Shown: positions 12,687 to 24,405, numbered from the stretch's first letter. The stretch is 64,000 nucleotides of DNA from Hemiscyllium ocellatum (GCF_020745735.1 NC_083409.1:6933534-6997533), one strand, 5' to 3'. Numbers and translations are program-made. Notes: a model not told the origin generated them from the sequence alone.

Positions 12687-13860
12687 TGATATAATATGGT
12701 TAATGTAATTTCTGCAGTTTCATGCATTTATACACACACACACACAGATTCTACTCATGCATTCACACACACACACACACAACACACACACAACACACAC
12801 ACACACAACACACACACACACACAACACACACAACACACACACACACCTCNNNNNNNNNNNNNNNNNNNNNNNNNNNNNNNNNNNNNNNNNNNNNNNNNN
12901 NNNNNNNNNNNNNNNNNNNNNNNNNNNNNNNNNNNNNNNNNNNNNNNNNNNNNNNNNNNNNNNNNNNNNNNNNNNNNNNNNNNNNNNNNNNNNNNNNNNN
13001 NNNNNNNNNNNNNNNNNNNNNNNNNNNNNNNNNNNNNNNNNNNNNNNNNNNNNNNNNNNNNNNNNNNNNNNNTAATGTCTGTACTAAAACTAAGGTTTAA
13101 ATTATGGGACTAATGTTCAGCTAGGCCATAAAGAAGCATGAACTAGAAGTCACCTCTGTTATGCCAGGAACATAGTAACCTTGGGCAAGATACCAAGGAA
13201 TGCTTCAGTTAGACACAGAGGGCAAAATACAATAAAAGCTCTTTTTATGACATACAAATAATCAATAAATGCTGTAACCAGCAAGAACATGGAGATAACA
13301 AAGGAATGTTCTAACTAGCAAAAATTGTTAAAATAATATAACATTTTAATTAAGGAATTGGCAGAGAAAAGCGTGAAATGTTTTAACCAATGGAATTGTC
13401 ATTAATGATTTTTAATGTAAGAAAATCCATAGCGTGAGATGTTTTTAATCAATGGAATTATCACTAATGTTTTTGAATGTAAAAGTAATGTATAAATATT
13501 GGTGCTGTAAAATCTTCCGTCGAGACTCTTCCTATCTTTTTGGAACTCGCCCAATCTTCGAAGATTGAATAAAAATCTGTTGCTCCGTTTGTGTGTCTCG
13601 CAGCATTTCGATTTGCCATGGAAAAGCGGTAGTCGGAGGGGATAAGGGCTGGTGCTGACAGCTTGGAGTTCGCCTCCTAGGACAGGACCTTGTGGACAGT
13701 CTCCCTTGAAGTCAAGGGTTAAAGGACAGTCCGCGGTCGGCAGAGTGTGGAGGCAGAACCCGGTTGATCTGAACCATAGCCCTAGTGTAGAGTAGTTAGC
13801 CAAGTGTCAGGGACTATTCTCCGGAGATTTAGAATACCTGGACAGAAGTCACTTATAACA
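12687..13860 (+). repeat. ERV 5' LTR (contains CA microsatellite and N gap 12851-13072)
   Basis: Starts TGATATAATATGG and ends TTATAACA. 13078-13860 aligns without indels to 20032-20814 with about 17 mismatches in 783 nt (hand count). Confidence 0.95.
13370..13573 (+). promoter_or_regulatory. LTR U3/R signals: 61-nt tandem repeat with CCAAT, TATA box, polyA signal
   Basis: Direct repeats 13370-13430 and 13431-13490 (CCAAT at 13387-13391), TATAAAT at 13491-13497, AATAAA at 13568-13573. The same signals occur in the 3' LTR (TATA 20445, AATAAA 20522). Confidence 0.75.
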
Positions 13861-13864
13861 AATT

Positions 13865-13884
13865 TCGGGGCTCGTGTCCGGGAT
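13865..13884 (+). promoter_or_regulatory. Primer-binding site, tRNA-Pro-like
   Basis: TCGGGGCTCGTGTCCGGGAT just after the LTR, versus the MLV-type Pro PBS TGGGGGCTCGTCCGGGAT: one substitution and a 2-nt insertion. Confidence 0.75.
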
Positions 13885-14189
13885 CTTAAAAGAACTCCCA
13901 CGCGAGGCTATGAATGATTATGGGACACTGTGACACACACAGATGTTTGAGCAAACGATGTGAATAGGTGGCGCTCACAATAAAGTAAAAGTTTGAAGTT
14001 TTTACTTTGAGTCGGACAACTCCGTGCACGGATCAAGGTAAGAACCTTCTCTGGTATTTGGGGTTTTCGCAGGATTATTGAGAGAAGTGTACACTGCCTT
14101 GTCGACTCCATGGTTGTGACAGGTAACCGGGATACAAGGGTTAATTAAGTAACCAGGGTGTAGAATATAGGTTAGCCTGAAGACCAACC

Positions 14190-15240
14190 ATGGGTGGCCA
14201 ATGTTCCGGGTCGAAAAAGGAACGGGAAGACGAAACCCCGAAAATTCCCTCTGATAGATTCTACAGAGATTGTGGAGGGCGGAAGAGATTAGTTACAAAC
14301 TGATAGTGTTGAATCCCTATTATCTTTACATAGAAGCAGAATAAGGGGGACAATTGAAGTTTATTTTTACCAGCAGCTTGCAGTAAGACCGGCAGAGAGA
14401 GAGAGAGAGAGAGAGCGAGTACAGCTAGCAAAACATTTAACCCTTTGTGATTTGGTTTGAATGCACATTTGTTTATTGGTGATTGAATGAAGAAGTTTTA
14501 TTCATTGGAGCTTGAGTTCCAGGATTGTTTTAAATGTGATTTTTATGTAAACTTAACATGATTTTTTCAATATGTGAAGGACAGTTGAAGTTTCAGTTCA
14601 ACAGTAGGTTGTCGAAAAAAAAGACGAAAACTTCCATGGAAATTATCTGAGACCTTGGATTCGGCCATTAGAATTTTTTTAACTTGAATTGACAAATTAT
14701 TGTAAGACAGCTCTGATTATTTTACGACTTAAAGTATTGTAATTGAGAAATGATTGGTCAGGAGTACAAAAGAAAACTAATTTTGGATCTAAATTAGGGT
14801 ACTAAATCTGGGTGATTACAGTGGATTTCAAAATTGGGAACTGTATGCATTTTACATTTTAAATATTAAATACTGAATAAATGGACGTAAATATATAAAT
14901 ATGCTTACAAGTTAGGAACAGGCTTTAAAGTTAGTCAAGCATGAATTAATAAATTGGTGTTTGCGGATATGAGAAGCTAGGAACATTGCAATATTTCTTA
15001 AAAAAAAGGAAGAACGTAACGACTAAAGTGCCGATAGGGGACAAGGAGATTGGTTTTGTGTGTGACCATCTCACCAGTGGGGAGGTCGGAACATTTAAAA
15101 GGAAATGACGGTCCTGGATGAGAATCCGATAGGATTGTCAGAACAAATTAATTTATTTTGAGGCCCAGTCTGTATATGTGGGCTGAGTTAATGTCTATTT
15201 TTAAATGTACTATTTACTGGGGGAGAAAGGAGACTTATAT
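14190..15240 (+). pseudogene. gag: Fragmentary gag (matrix start and capsid remnant)
   Basis: ATG at 14190 gives MGGQCSGSKK..KIPSD (myristoylation-type MG start). 15028-15240 gives VPIGDKEIGFV..LTSGEV then, after a frameshift, KEMTVLDENPIGLSEQINLF*GPSLYMWAELMSI, as in fish/amphibian class I capsids. The sequence in between is non-coding. Confidence 0.7.
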
Positions 15241-15608
15241 GGGAATACTGGATAGGGAAAGGAGTCGGATAAATAAGGTGGTTATCTAAATCTGAATATT
15301 TATGTCTGTGCGGGCCGGCCCCAATAGGATTTTTGTGTTGGTGAAGATCCATGTGTGTCTTTGTGTGTGTAAATTTGATTGTAAAAAAATAGTCTCTGTG
15401 GATGTGAGAATTTGTGTTTGTGTATGGATTTTTTTTAGAAGGCTTCTCAGCTAACAAGCAGTTTAACACTTTGTGCTCTGGCTTGAATTCATCTGTTTGT
15501 TAATGGTTTTATGTGTGAAACTTGTTGTTTGTCATTTGATTCAGTGTGCTATTTTTGATTGTAATTTTATAAATGCTCAACGTTATTTTCTTTCATGATA
15601 TGATTTTA

Positions 15609-16566
15609 TTAGAACTTAAGGAGGACCCTGATACTGGGAGAAAACAGCAGTATAGGTGGACTGTCTTAGCTGAAGGTTTTACCGAGTCACCAAACTTGTT
15701 TGGACAGATCCTAGAACAAGTTCTTGAGGGCTTGACTTTAAGGCCAACTTTAAAGTTAATTCAGTATGTGGACGACCTCCTGTTGTCCGGTCCCACCCAA
15801 ACTGACACACAGCAGGGAACCAATGATTTATTAAACTACCTTGCAGTGAAGGGATTGCGAGTTAGTCAGAACAAACTACAGTATGTGGAATGGGAAGTAA
15901 GATATTTAGGGCATTTGATCAGTCAAGGGCAGAAGAGAATAAGCCCCAAAAGAATAAAGGGAATTGTAGAATTAGGACTACCCCGAACTAAGAGGGAACT
16001 CCGAAAGTTCCTGGGTTTGCTGGATTATTGCAGACTCTGGATAGATAATTATGCTACTCTTACGAAAAGGTTATACCTGCAGCTAACAGAGGATGCTCCG
16101 GACAGGGTTAAATGGGACCCAGAAGGAAAATTGCTGATTGAAACTTTAAAAGAAAAATTAGTTACAGCACTGGTTTTGAGCTTGCCAGATTTTAATAAAG
16201 ATTTTCGACTCTTTATTAACGCCAACCACGGGACGGCTTTTGGGGTCTTGACTCAGGAATGGGGTGGACATAGAAAACTTGTAGCTTTCCTCTCCAGGAT
16301 CCTAGACCCCGTTTCACGGGGTTGGCCCGAATGTGTACAAGCAGTAGCAGCCACTGCTAAGCTAGTGGAAGAAAGCCGGAAACTGACGTTTGGAGCACCA
16401 CTGACTGTGGTTACTCCTCACTAAGTCCGCACTATCATGAATCAAAGAGCGGGACGATGGCTCACAGACTCCCGAATCCTGAAATATGAGGCAGTGCTCT
16501 TAGATAGAGAGGACCTTAAGATAGAGATGGGCGCATGTTTAAATCCGGCTGACTTCTTATGGAAAG
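15609..16566 (+). pseudogene. pol: pol fragment: C-terminal half of reverse transcriptase plus connection domain
   Basis: EDPDTGRKQQYRWTVLAEGFTESPNLFGQ, QYVDDLLL, VRYLGH, LRKFLGLLDYCRLWI, LDPVSRGWPECVQAVAA. In-frame TAA at 16422-16424, with homology continuing to LNPADFLW. LPQG is degraded to LAEG; protease, N-terminal RT and RNase H are absent. Confidence 0.95.
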
Positions 16567-17227
16567 GAGGACCATTCATGAGATTGAGTGCAAGGTAGTA
16601 ATAAGTTAGAACAATTCCAAATTCACATGAGGGGTGGTATCCACCTTCAGGAAATTGAGGCAGGGGAGCAGGGTCTCTAGGGGCAAATGTGCCCAGTTAC
16701 ACAGAGAGATAGGCTGCCGATAAGGCAGGGGGGGAATAGAAACTCTGAGGGCAGATGCGAATTAATATGGGTAGCTTGAGAGTAAGTTTCAGGACGTTGA
16801 GACAGTAAGTAGATTGTAGCGCGTTGAGAGTGTTCGTCGGGGCTATACGGTGCGTAGGGCTGCATTGAACAACTGTACGGGGGGAAACAGCGGTAGGTAG
16901 GGAGCGGGAGCTCCGGGGGCGGATGCGCCCAGACACAGGAAAAACATTACATTCGACAACTGCGATGTGCTTGAAAGAATTAAAATGTTACTGACAACCG
17001 ACCCTGAACAGTTCCATATGTAGAGCAGTGACCTCCGGGAAAAGGGTGGGGGGAGATCTGCCACATGGGGACTGCCCAGGCAGCAGTACTGGAGACTGGG
17101 AGTGGAGATAGTTGGGGAAAAGAGTTAGCACTTGAAGACCTGGTGGTCGAGGGCAGGTCGCTATGAGCTCCGACGCGCAGACACAGGAGATAGTGACAGG
17201 CAGACATAGACAGAGAGACCAACACCG

Positions 17228-17262
<35 letters not shown>

Positions 17263-17440
17263 GGCTGTGTGTGAGGACCTACAGAGAGAGAACGGAAGCT
17301 ATTACATTTTGTTGTGTTTCTGGCTGAAAGTCATCTGTTCGTTAGTGCATGAATGTTTGAGTGTTTATCACCTAGAGCTTGAGTCACGAGATATGTGTAT
17401 TTGTAAATATGTTGAGACCCTGGGCTTCGTTGTTTCTCGT

Positions 17441-17595
17441 TTACTCCACCAGGGATTCCTGACTCAGACTCCACCTCTGGATTTCGCTGTGCACACTATT
17501 GAACCCGGTGAAGGAGTTTTGATCAAACATTGACAACAGCTAACTCTCGAACTTGTGTGGGACGGCCCGTTCCTAGTACTCCTCACCACTGAACG
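17441..17595 (+). pseudogene. pol: Integrase C-terminal remnant (GPF motif)
   Basis: LLHQGFLTQTPPLDFAVHTIEPGEGVLIKH*QQLTLELVWDGPFLVLLTT matches the class I integrase tail; the DDE core is absent. Confidence 0.8.
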
Positions 17596-17787
17596 GCGGA
17601 GAAAGGCTGGCAAAGGGCCAGTACCCTCTCCAGTTAAGAAAGGAGTCTGGACAGCCGAATCAACACGTGACCCACAAACTCAGACTGAACAGACTTTGAG
17701 TAACTGATTATACAGTGGCGACGCGAGCGCGGGGATTATTTAACCTTGTTTTGCGTTTTGTTTAAGTTCTTAGCACTAGTCAGAATT

Positions 17788-19609
17788 ATGCTGCTATTCC
17801 TGTTATTTCTGAGTTTTGCTCATATATCTTTTTCAGATGTTGTGTTAATGATTTCTGTTTCGGAATTTCCACAAGTTATAAAGGTCAATGCTTGCAGCCT
17901 AGTAGAATGCCCAGATGTAGAGTTTCAAAGGGAATATCTTTCCTCCAAGTTATTTCTTCACACCCTACCCAAGGTTTGGGTCGCAAAAGCCACCGCCTGG
18001 CATCACTATCCATAGAGCCCCCTTTAGCCCAGCCCTGAACTGTTTTGACAGGAAGTGTCATCCTATATATTTCACCATTAAAAATGCTTCCTCTGAAGAC
18101 TCATTTCCTCATAAAAATGTGTCCCAACTCCTTAGTAAAGATTTAAAGATAGAGATGACAGCGTATGGGAAGCGTTTTGTGGGCTGCTGTTTTCGAATTG
18201 GCGTCGGACGGGGACAGCCTTTGGGATTCATTGATTCTAAACTGCAACCTTTAACCCCTTCCACTGATCCGAAATCACTAAAAATTATAGAGGTAAAAGA
18301 CTTGAGACAGACTCTTGAAATAGAAACGGGATACGGAGATGCAAATGCCTGGGTTGAATGGGTTACATATACTGTAAAAAGCCTGAACAAAAGCAATTGC
18401 TATGCATGTGCCTCCGGTAGGGCAGTGTCTCAGGTGATTCCCTTTCCGCTCGTGTGTGAGCGAAACAAACAGGGCATGGAATGCATGATAGCCCTATATC
18501 AAGATGAGACTGCATGGAAAAATCCGAATTGTGCCTCTTTGTCTTTGATGTTCCCTCTTTTGGAGAAATGAAAGACACAAGCTCCCCCTGTATTTTCGGC
18601 TGCTGTTGGAAACCACACGTTGTGTGTGCATAGACAAGGTCGATCTAGAGATTTGGGGGAGCTGAGATTGTGTTCAGTAATTAAAAACGTTACTGAAGCA
18701 GTGGAAGGAAGAAACTACTCAGCTTTAAACGTTCCCGGAGCGGATCTGTGGTGGTACTGTGGAGGCAAACTACTGAGACCCACCCTGCCCCCAGATTGGA
18801 AGGGGATATGTGCAATTGTACAATTGGCAATTCCATTCACCTTGGCATTTGAGAGAGAACAGTTAGTTGGGAGAAAGGGAAAGGATTAGAGATCGCTGTT
18901 ACCCACTTCTTTTGATGATAAGATTTATCTTGATTCAATAGGGGTCCCTAGGGGGGTGCCTGATGAGTTCAAAGCGCGGAACCAAATTGCAGCAGGCTTT
19001 GAATCGTCCCTGTTCTGGTGGGTTACTATTAATAAGAATTTTGATTGGATAAACTACATTTGTTATAACCAAGCACGATTTATTAACCATACTAGAGATG
19101 CAGTAAAGGGTCTGGCGGAACAACTGGATGCCACCAGTCGTATGGCTTGGGAGAATAGGCTGGCCTTGGATATGCTCTTAGCTGAAAAAGGGGGTGTTTG
19201 TGCCATGATTGGTTATCAATGTTGCACTTTTATTCCCAACAATACGGCCCCTGATGGTTCGGTCACCCGTGCCCTGGAAGGTCTCTAGGCACTGGCCGAT
19301 GAAATAGCTGAGAATTCAGGTGTAAATACTGATTGGACTGGCTGGCTAGAGCGGTGGTTCGGTACATGGAAGGGGGTGATGGTCTCAGTGGTGATTACAC
19401 TTCTGGTGGTAACAGGGATTTTAGTTGCCTTGGGCTGTTGTATAATTCCCTGTCTGTGTGACCTGATTACCCGCCTTATTGAGACTGCCCTGATGAAGGG
19501 GGACCCGCGTACAGTAGTGGGCATTCACCTCCAAACTGATGCGGACAATCCTGAGGCTGATTGGGATAGACAGGCCATGATTATGTTGCAGAAATTGCAG
19601 ACTGTATAA
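17788..19609 (+). pseudogene. env: Gamma-type envelope gene, full length with 1 frameshift and 3 nonsense codons
   Basis: Hydrophobic signal MLLFLLFLSFAHISFS from ATG 17788. One frame runs 17921-19609 with CYAC (CxxC), WWYCG, GVPRGVPDEFKARNQIAAGFES, the immunosuppressive domain ENRLALDMLLAEKGGVC, CX6CC and a TM helix. Stops at 18569, 18887 and 19286; the frameshift lies within 17921-18015. Confidence 0.93.
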
Positions 19610-19623
19610 AAAGACAGGGGGGA
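19608..19623 (+). promoter_or_regulatory. Polypurine tract
   Basis: AAAAAGACAGGGGGGA immediately before the 3' LTR TG at 19625. Confidence 0.9.
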
Positions 19624-19624
19624 T

Positions 19625-20814
19625 TGATACAATATGGTTAATGTAATTTCTGCAGTTTCATGCATTTATACACACACACACACATTCAACTCATGCATTC
19701 ACACACACACACACAACACACACACACACAACACACACACAACACACACAACACACACACCTCACACATAACCNNNNNNNNNNNNNNNNNNNNNNNNNNN
19801 NNNNNNNNNNNNNNNNNNNNNNNNNNNNNNNNNNNNNNNNNNNNNNNNNNNNNNNNNNNNNNNNNNNNNNNNNNNNNNNNNNNNNNNNNNNNNNNNNNNN
19901 NNNNNNNNNNNNNNNNNNNNNNNNNNNNNNNNNNNNNNNNNNNNNNNNNNNNNNNNNNNNNNNNNNNNNNNNNNNNNNNNNNNNNNNNNNNNNNNNNNNN
20001 NNNNNNNNNNNNNNNNNNNNNNNNNNNNNNNTCTGTACTAAAACTAAGGTTTAAATTATGGGACTAATGTTCAGCTAGGCCATAAAGAAGCATGAACTAG
20101 AAGTCACCTCTGTTATGCCAGGAACATAGTAACCCTGGGCAAGATACCAAGGAATGCTTCAGTTAGACACAGAGGGCAAAATACAATAAAAGCTCTTTTT
20201 ATGACATACAAATAATCAATAAATGCTTTAACCAGCAAGAACATGGAGATAACAAAGGAATGTTCTAACTAGCAAAAATTGTTAAAATAATATAACATTT
20301 TAATTAAGGAATTGGCAGAGAAAAGCGTGAAATGTTTTAACCAATGGAATTGTCATTAATGATTTTTAATGTAAGAAAATCCATAGCGTGAGATGTTTTT
20401 AACCAATGGAATTATCACTAATGTTTTTGAATGTAAAAATAATGTATAAATATTGGTGCTGTAAAATCTTCCATCGCAACTCTTCCTATCATTTTGGAAC
20501 TCGCCCAATCTTCGAAGATTGAATAAACATCTGTTGCTCCGTTTTTGTGTCTCGCAGCATTTCGATTTGCCATGGAAAAGCGGTAGCCGGAGGGGATAAG
20601 GGCTGGTGCTGAAAGCTTGGAGTTCGCCTCCTAGGACAGGACCTTGTGGACAGTCTCCCTTGAAGTCAAGGGTTAAAGGACAGTCCGCGGTCGGCAGAGT
20701 GTGGAGGCAGAACCCGGTTGATCTGAACCATAGCCCTAGTGTAGAGTAATTAGCCGAGTGTCAGGGACTATTCTCCAGAGATTTAGAATACCTAGACAGA
20801 ATTCACTTATAACA
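19625..20814 (+). repeat. ERV 3' LTR (contains CA microsatellite and N gap 19774-20031)
   Basis: Starts TGATACAATATGG, ends TTATAACA, and is followed by TSD ACTC. Confidence 0.95.
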
Positions 20815-21534
20815 ACTCCCACTGGAATCCCCTGGAATACCTGTGGGTTTATTCACGGATAATGGAAGGAGTCATTACTCATTGTCCTCAGTTGAAGTGC
20901 ACATTCTCCATAGTTACAAGAAGGCAGCTGTTTCACTGTGCCTGAACAATATAACGTCAGAAAGCACACAACACCAGGTTCTAGCCAAACAGGTTTATTT
21001 GAAATCACAAGCTTTCGAAGCGCTGCTCCTTCATTAGGTGTACCCGAGTCCACTATCGGCATCCCCACATCACTGAACGGAATGAATAAATGGGGCTCAT
21101 GAGAATCTAATTGGCTCCATCTGCAGAAACAAGGCGAGAGAGAGAACAGCTTTCGGACCAGGATACTTATCGCACCACAATGAAAATGATCTGCAAGCTT
21201 TGATATATCAAAAAGAACTGTGATACACGGAGACTATGTCAGTATTGGGTTTCACAAAGTATGTTTCCTCCATTAAACACTTCCTAACACACTATTTCCA
21301 TCTTGTTCTATTCCTTATTGACTCTTAGACATTGCCCCTGCTCCCTCACTCCGTCCCAGTCCCAGAGGAATTGATGGCCGGAGTTCAAGACCCCGCACTG
21401 TGTGAAGGTTGGTGTGAAATGAGGCCAGTGTGTTGGAGCTTGGGCACCTGCCTCAGGCCCAGGTGTAGGGGCCTGTTCAACAATTTGCACATTGTCCTTT
21501 TTCTCTTTCTGGATGAATTAGATTAGATTACATA

Positions 21535-21800
21535 CAGTGTGGAAACAGGCCCTTCGGCCCAACAAGTCCACACCGACCCGTCGAAGCGCAACCCACCCAT
21601 ACCCTTACATTCACCCCTTACCTAACACTACGGGCAATTTAGCATGGCCAATTCACCTTTGAGACTGGGAGGAAACCCGCGCAGACATGGGGAAAACATG
21701 CAAACTCCACACAGTCAGTTGTCTGAGTCGGGAATTGAACCCGGGTCTCAGGTGCTGTGAAACAGCAGTGCTAACTGCTGTGCCCCTGTGCCATCGTGCC
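21535..21800 (-). mobile_element. tRNA-derived shark SINE (HE1-type)
   Basis: Reverse complement of the SINE body at 590-885, with a B-box-like GGGTTCAATTCC on the minus strand near 21730-21742. Confidence 0.75.
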
Positions 21801-23514
21801 GTCCACAAGTTGCAGTAATGAACTGGATCAAGTTGCAGTAATGAGCTGGCAACAAGGTGCCTTGTCTAAAACGTTCCCAGCACTGGGCACAGAACTGGCT
21901 GTGTAGGAGGAGACAGAGGGCTGTGATGGGGGGATGGTTTTCAGAATGGAGGGTGATGACTCATGGTGTTCCACAAGGAACTCTGCTGTATATGGTCTAC
22001 ATAAATGATTTGGATGAAAGCGTAGCTGGTCTAATTCGTAAGTTTACAATTGATACAAAGACTGGTAGAGTTGCAGATAATGAGAAGGATTATCTAGGAA
22101 TGGCAGAATAGAGATCAGTTGGATGCTTGGACAAAAAAATGGCAGAGGTATGAATGTGAGGTGATGCATTTTGAAAGAAAATGTACAGGTGAATGGCAGA
22201 ATCCTTTGGAGTACTGATATGCAGGGGGATCTGGGTGTGTATGTTCACAGATCACTGAAGGTGCCAGCATAGGGAGGTAAGTTTGTAAAAAAAGGCTTAT
22301 GGCCTGCTTGCCTTCATTGGAAGAGGCATTGAGTGTAAGGATAGACAAGTTATGCTGCAGCTTTATAGAACTTTAGTTCGGCCACACTTGAAATATGGCA
22401 TACGGTTGAAATATGGTTGCATACAACTGCATACAGTCCAAAAAGAAGGATGTGGATATTTTGAAGATGGTGCAGAAAATGTTTACCAGGATATTGTCTG
22501 ATATGGAGGAATTGTTATTCTGAAGAAAGATTGGAGAGATTGAGTTTGTTTTCACTGGAATGCAGGAAAATGAGGTGCATCCTGATAGAAGTGGAAAATA
22601 TGAGCCATTTTCCCAGGGTGGAGGGGTCAAATACTAGGGGGCACAGGTTCAAGGAGCATGGGTTTGAGGGGAATTAATTATAAGGAGATGTAGAAACCAA
22701 GTATTTCACGCAAAGGGAGTTGAGTACCTGGAACAAACTGCCAGAGGAGAGGGTGGAAGCAGACACAATAGAATTCTTCAAGAAATATCTGCACTAATGC
22801 ATGAATAGGAAGGGAATAGAGGGATACAAATCCTGTCGATGACGATAGTTTCAGTGAGGAAGGGCACAATGTGCCAGCACAGGCTTGAAGGGCCGAAGGA
22901 CCTGTTCCTGTGCTGTATTGTTCCTTGTTCTTTGGTCCCTGCTGTTGAAATGGATTCTCGGGTGCCAGCTCCGTTTGAGGAGCCTGTTCTCATTCTTTTG
23001 TTGGAGTTCATGGGTCAGCTGCTCCTTCCTTGCTACGTCACTGATCAAACCAACAGTGCGGAAAGCCTCTTGATATTTTAAATACACTGTCCGCAGGAAA
23101 ATGTTTGGCCGATGTTTTAAAATTGTTTAATAAGATAATGACATCAATATACCAGTGTTGTTTCCGGCTGGGAATATTTAACATCATAGTCCTTGTTTTA
23201 AATGGACTTTCAATCATGATAATCCAGTTTTCAATGTTTCTTTCCCTTTACGTGTTATGAAGAGATTTGCCAACATGTTTTGGTGAGGACAGTGCATCTT
23301 CATTGGAGGAGTGGAAGATGATATCTACAGGACACATGCACTAAACAACCCCACCACCCTGTGGCCGACCATTTCAACTCTCCCTTCCATTTGCTAAGGA
23401 TATGCAAGTCCCTAGGCCTCCTCCACCGCCAAATTGAAGCCATCTAACAACTGGAGGAAGAACACCATGTCTTCCACCTTGAGACCCTCCAATGACACGG
23501 AATCAATGTTATAG

Positions 23515-24135
23515 AGTCATAGAGTCATGGAGATGTACTGCATGGAAACAAACCCTTCGGTCCAACACGTCCATGCCGACCAGATATCCCAACCCAATCT
23601 AGTCCCACCTGCCAGTACCCGGCCCATATCCCTCCAAACCCTTCCTATTCATATACCCTTCAAATGCCTCTTAAATGTTGCAATTGTACCAGCCTCCATC
23701 ACATCCTCTGGCAGCTTATTCCATAAACGTACCACCCTCTGCATGAAAAAGTTGCCCCTTAGGTCTCTTTTATATCTTTCCCCTCTCACACTAAACCTAT
23801 GCCCTCTAGTTCTGGACTACCCGACACCAGGGAAAAGACTTTGCCTACTTATCCTATCTATGCCCCTCCTAATTTTGTAAACCTCGATAAGGTCACCCCT
23901 CAGCCTCCGACGATGCAGGGAAAACAGCCCCAGCCTGTTCAGCTTCTCCCTGTAGCTCAGATCCTTCAACCCTGGCAACATCCTTGTAAATCTTTTCTGA
24001 ACCATTTCAAGTTTCACAACATCTTTCCGATAGGAAGGAGACCAGAATTGCATGCAATATTCCAACAGTGGCCTAACCAATGTCCTGTACAGCCGCAACA
24101 TGACCTCCCAACCCCTGTACTCAATACTCTGAATG
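23515..24135 (-). mobile_element. CR1-like LINE 3' fragment
   Basis: ORF 23817-24206 LYRTLVRPLLEYCMQFWSPSYRKDVVKLEMVQKRFTRMLPG; short tandem tail (ATAGAGTC repeats) at ~23510-23530. Confidence 0.88.
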
Positions 24136-24377
24136 TTGATGTTACTTGTTTCCTCATCTCCACTCCCCCAGCTTATCCCAGATACAACCCTCCAACTCGA
24201 CACCACCCTCTTAAACTGTCCTACCTATCCATCTTCCTTCCCATCCACTCCACCCTTCAGTCTGACCTATCACTGTCACCCCTCGCCTCCACGTACCTAT
24301 TGCAATCTTCACGACATTCCCCAGCCCCAGTTCCCTCCCATTTATCTCTCCGACTCCTCACCCCCTCCTCCCCATTC

Positions 24378-24405
24378 CTGATGAAGAGCTTATGCTCAAA
24401 ACGTC
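24378..24405 (+). ncRNA. Minimal hammerhead ribozyme core, Penelope terminal repeat (decayed copy)
   Basis: CTGATGA-A-GAGC-TTAT-GCTC-AAAA-C-GTC; stem II shows a compensatory pair relative to the GGGC/GCCC copies; GAAA is mutated to AAAA. Confidence 0.5.

Larger units (their letters stand above)
12687..20814 (+). mobile_element. Class I (gamma/epsilon-like) endogenous retrovirus, two LTRs, internally deleted
   Basis: TG...CA LTRs at both ends, 4-bp TSD ACTC at 12683-12686 and 20815-20818, PBS, PPT, and gag, RT, integrase and env remnants in canonical order. Confidence 0.97.

Noticed and set aside
12696-13113. His/Thr-rich ORFs (also 19660-20067)
   Set aside because: They are translations of the CA microsatellite and N gaps within the LTRs.
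12687-13860. Idea that the ERV insertion destroyed the J/V of the first cluster, since it sits at the expected J distance from the 4 kb C
   Set aside because: The TSD is intact and both flanks match the opposite palindrome arm, not the J region; intron homology already ends at ~7975.
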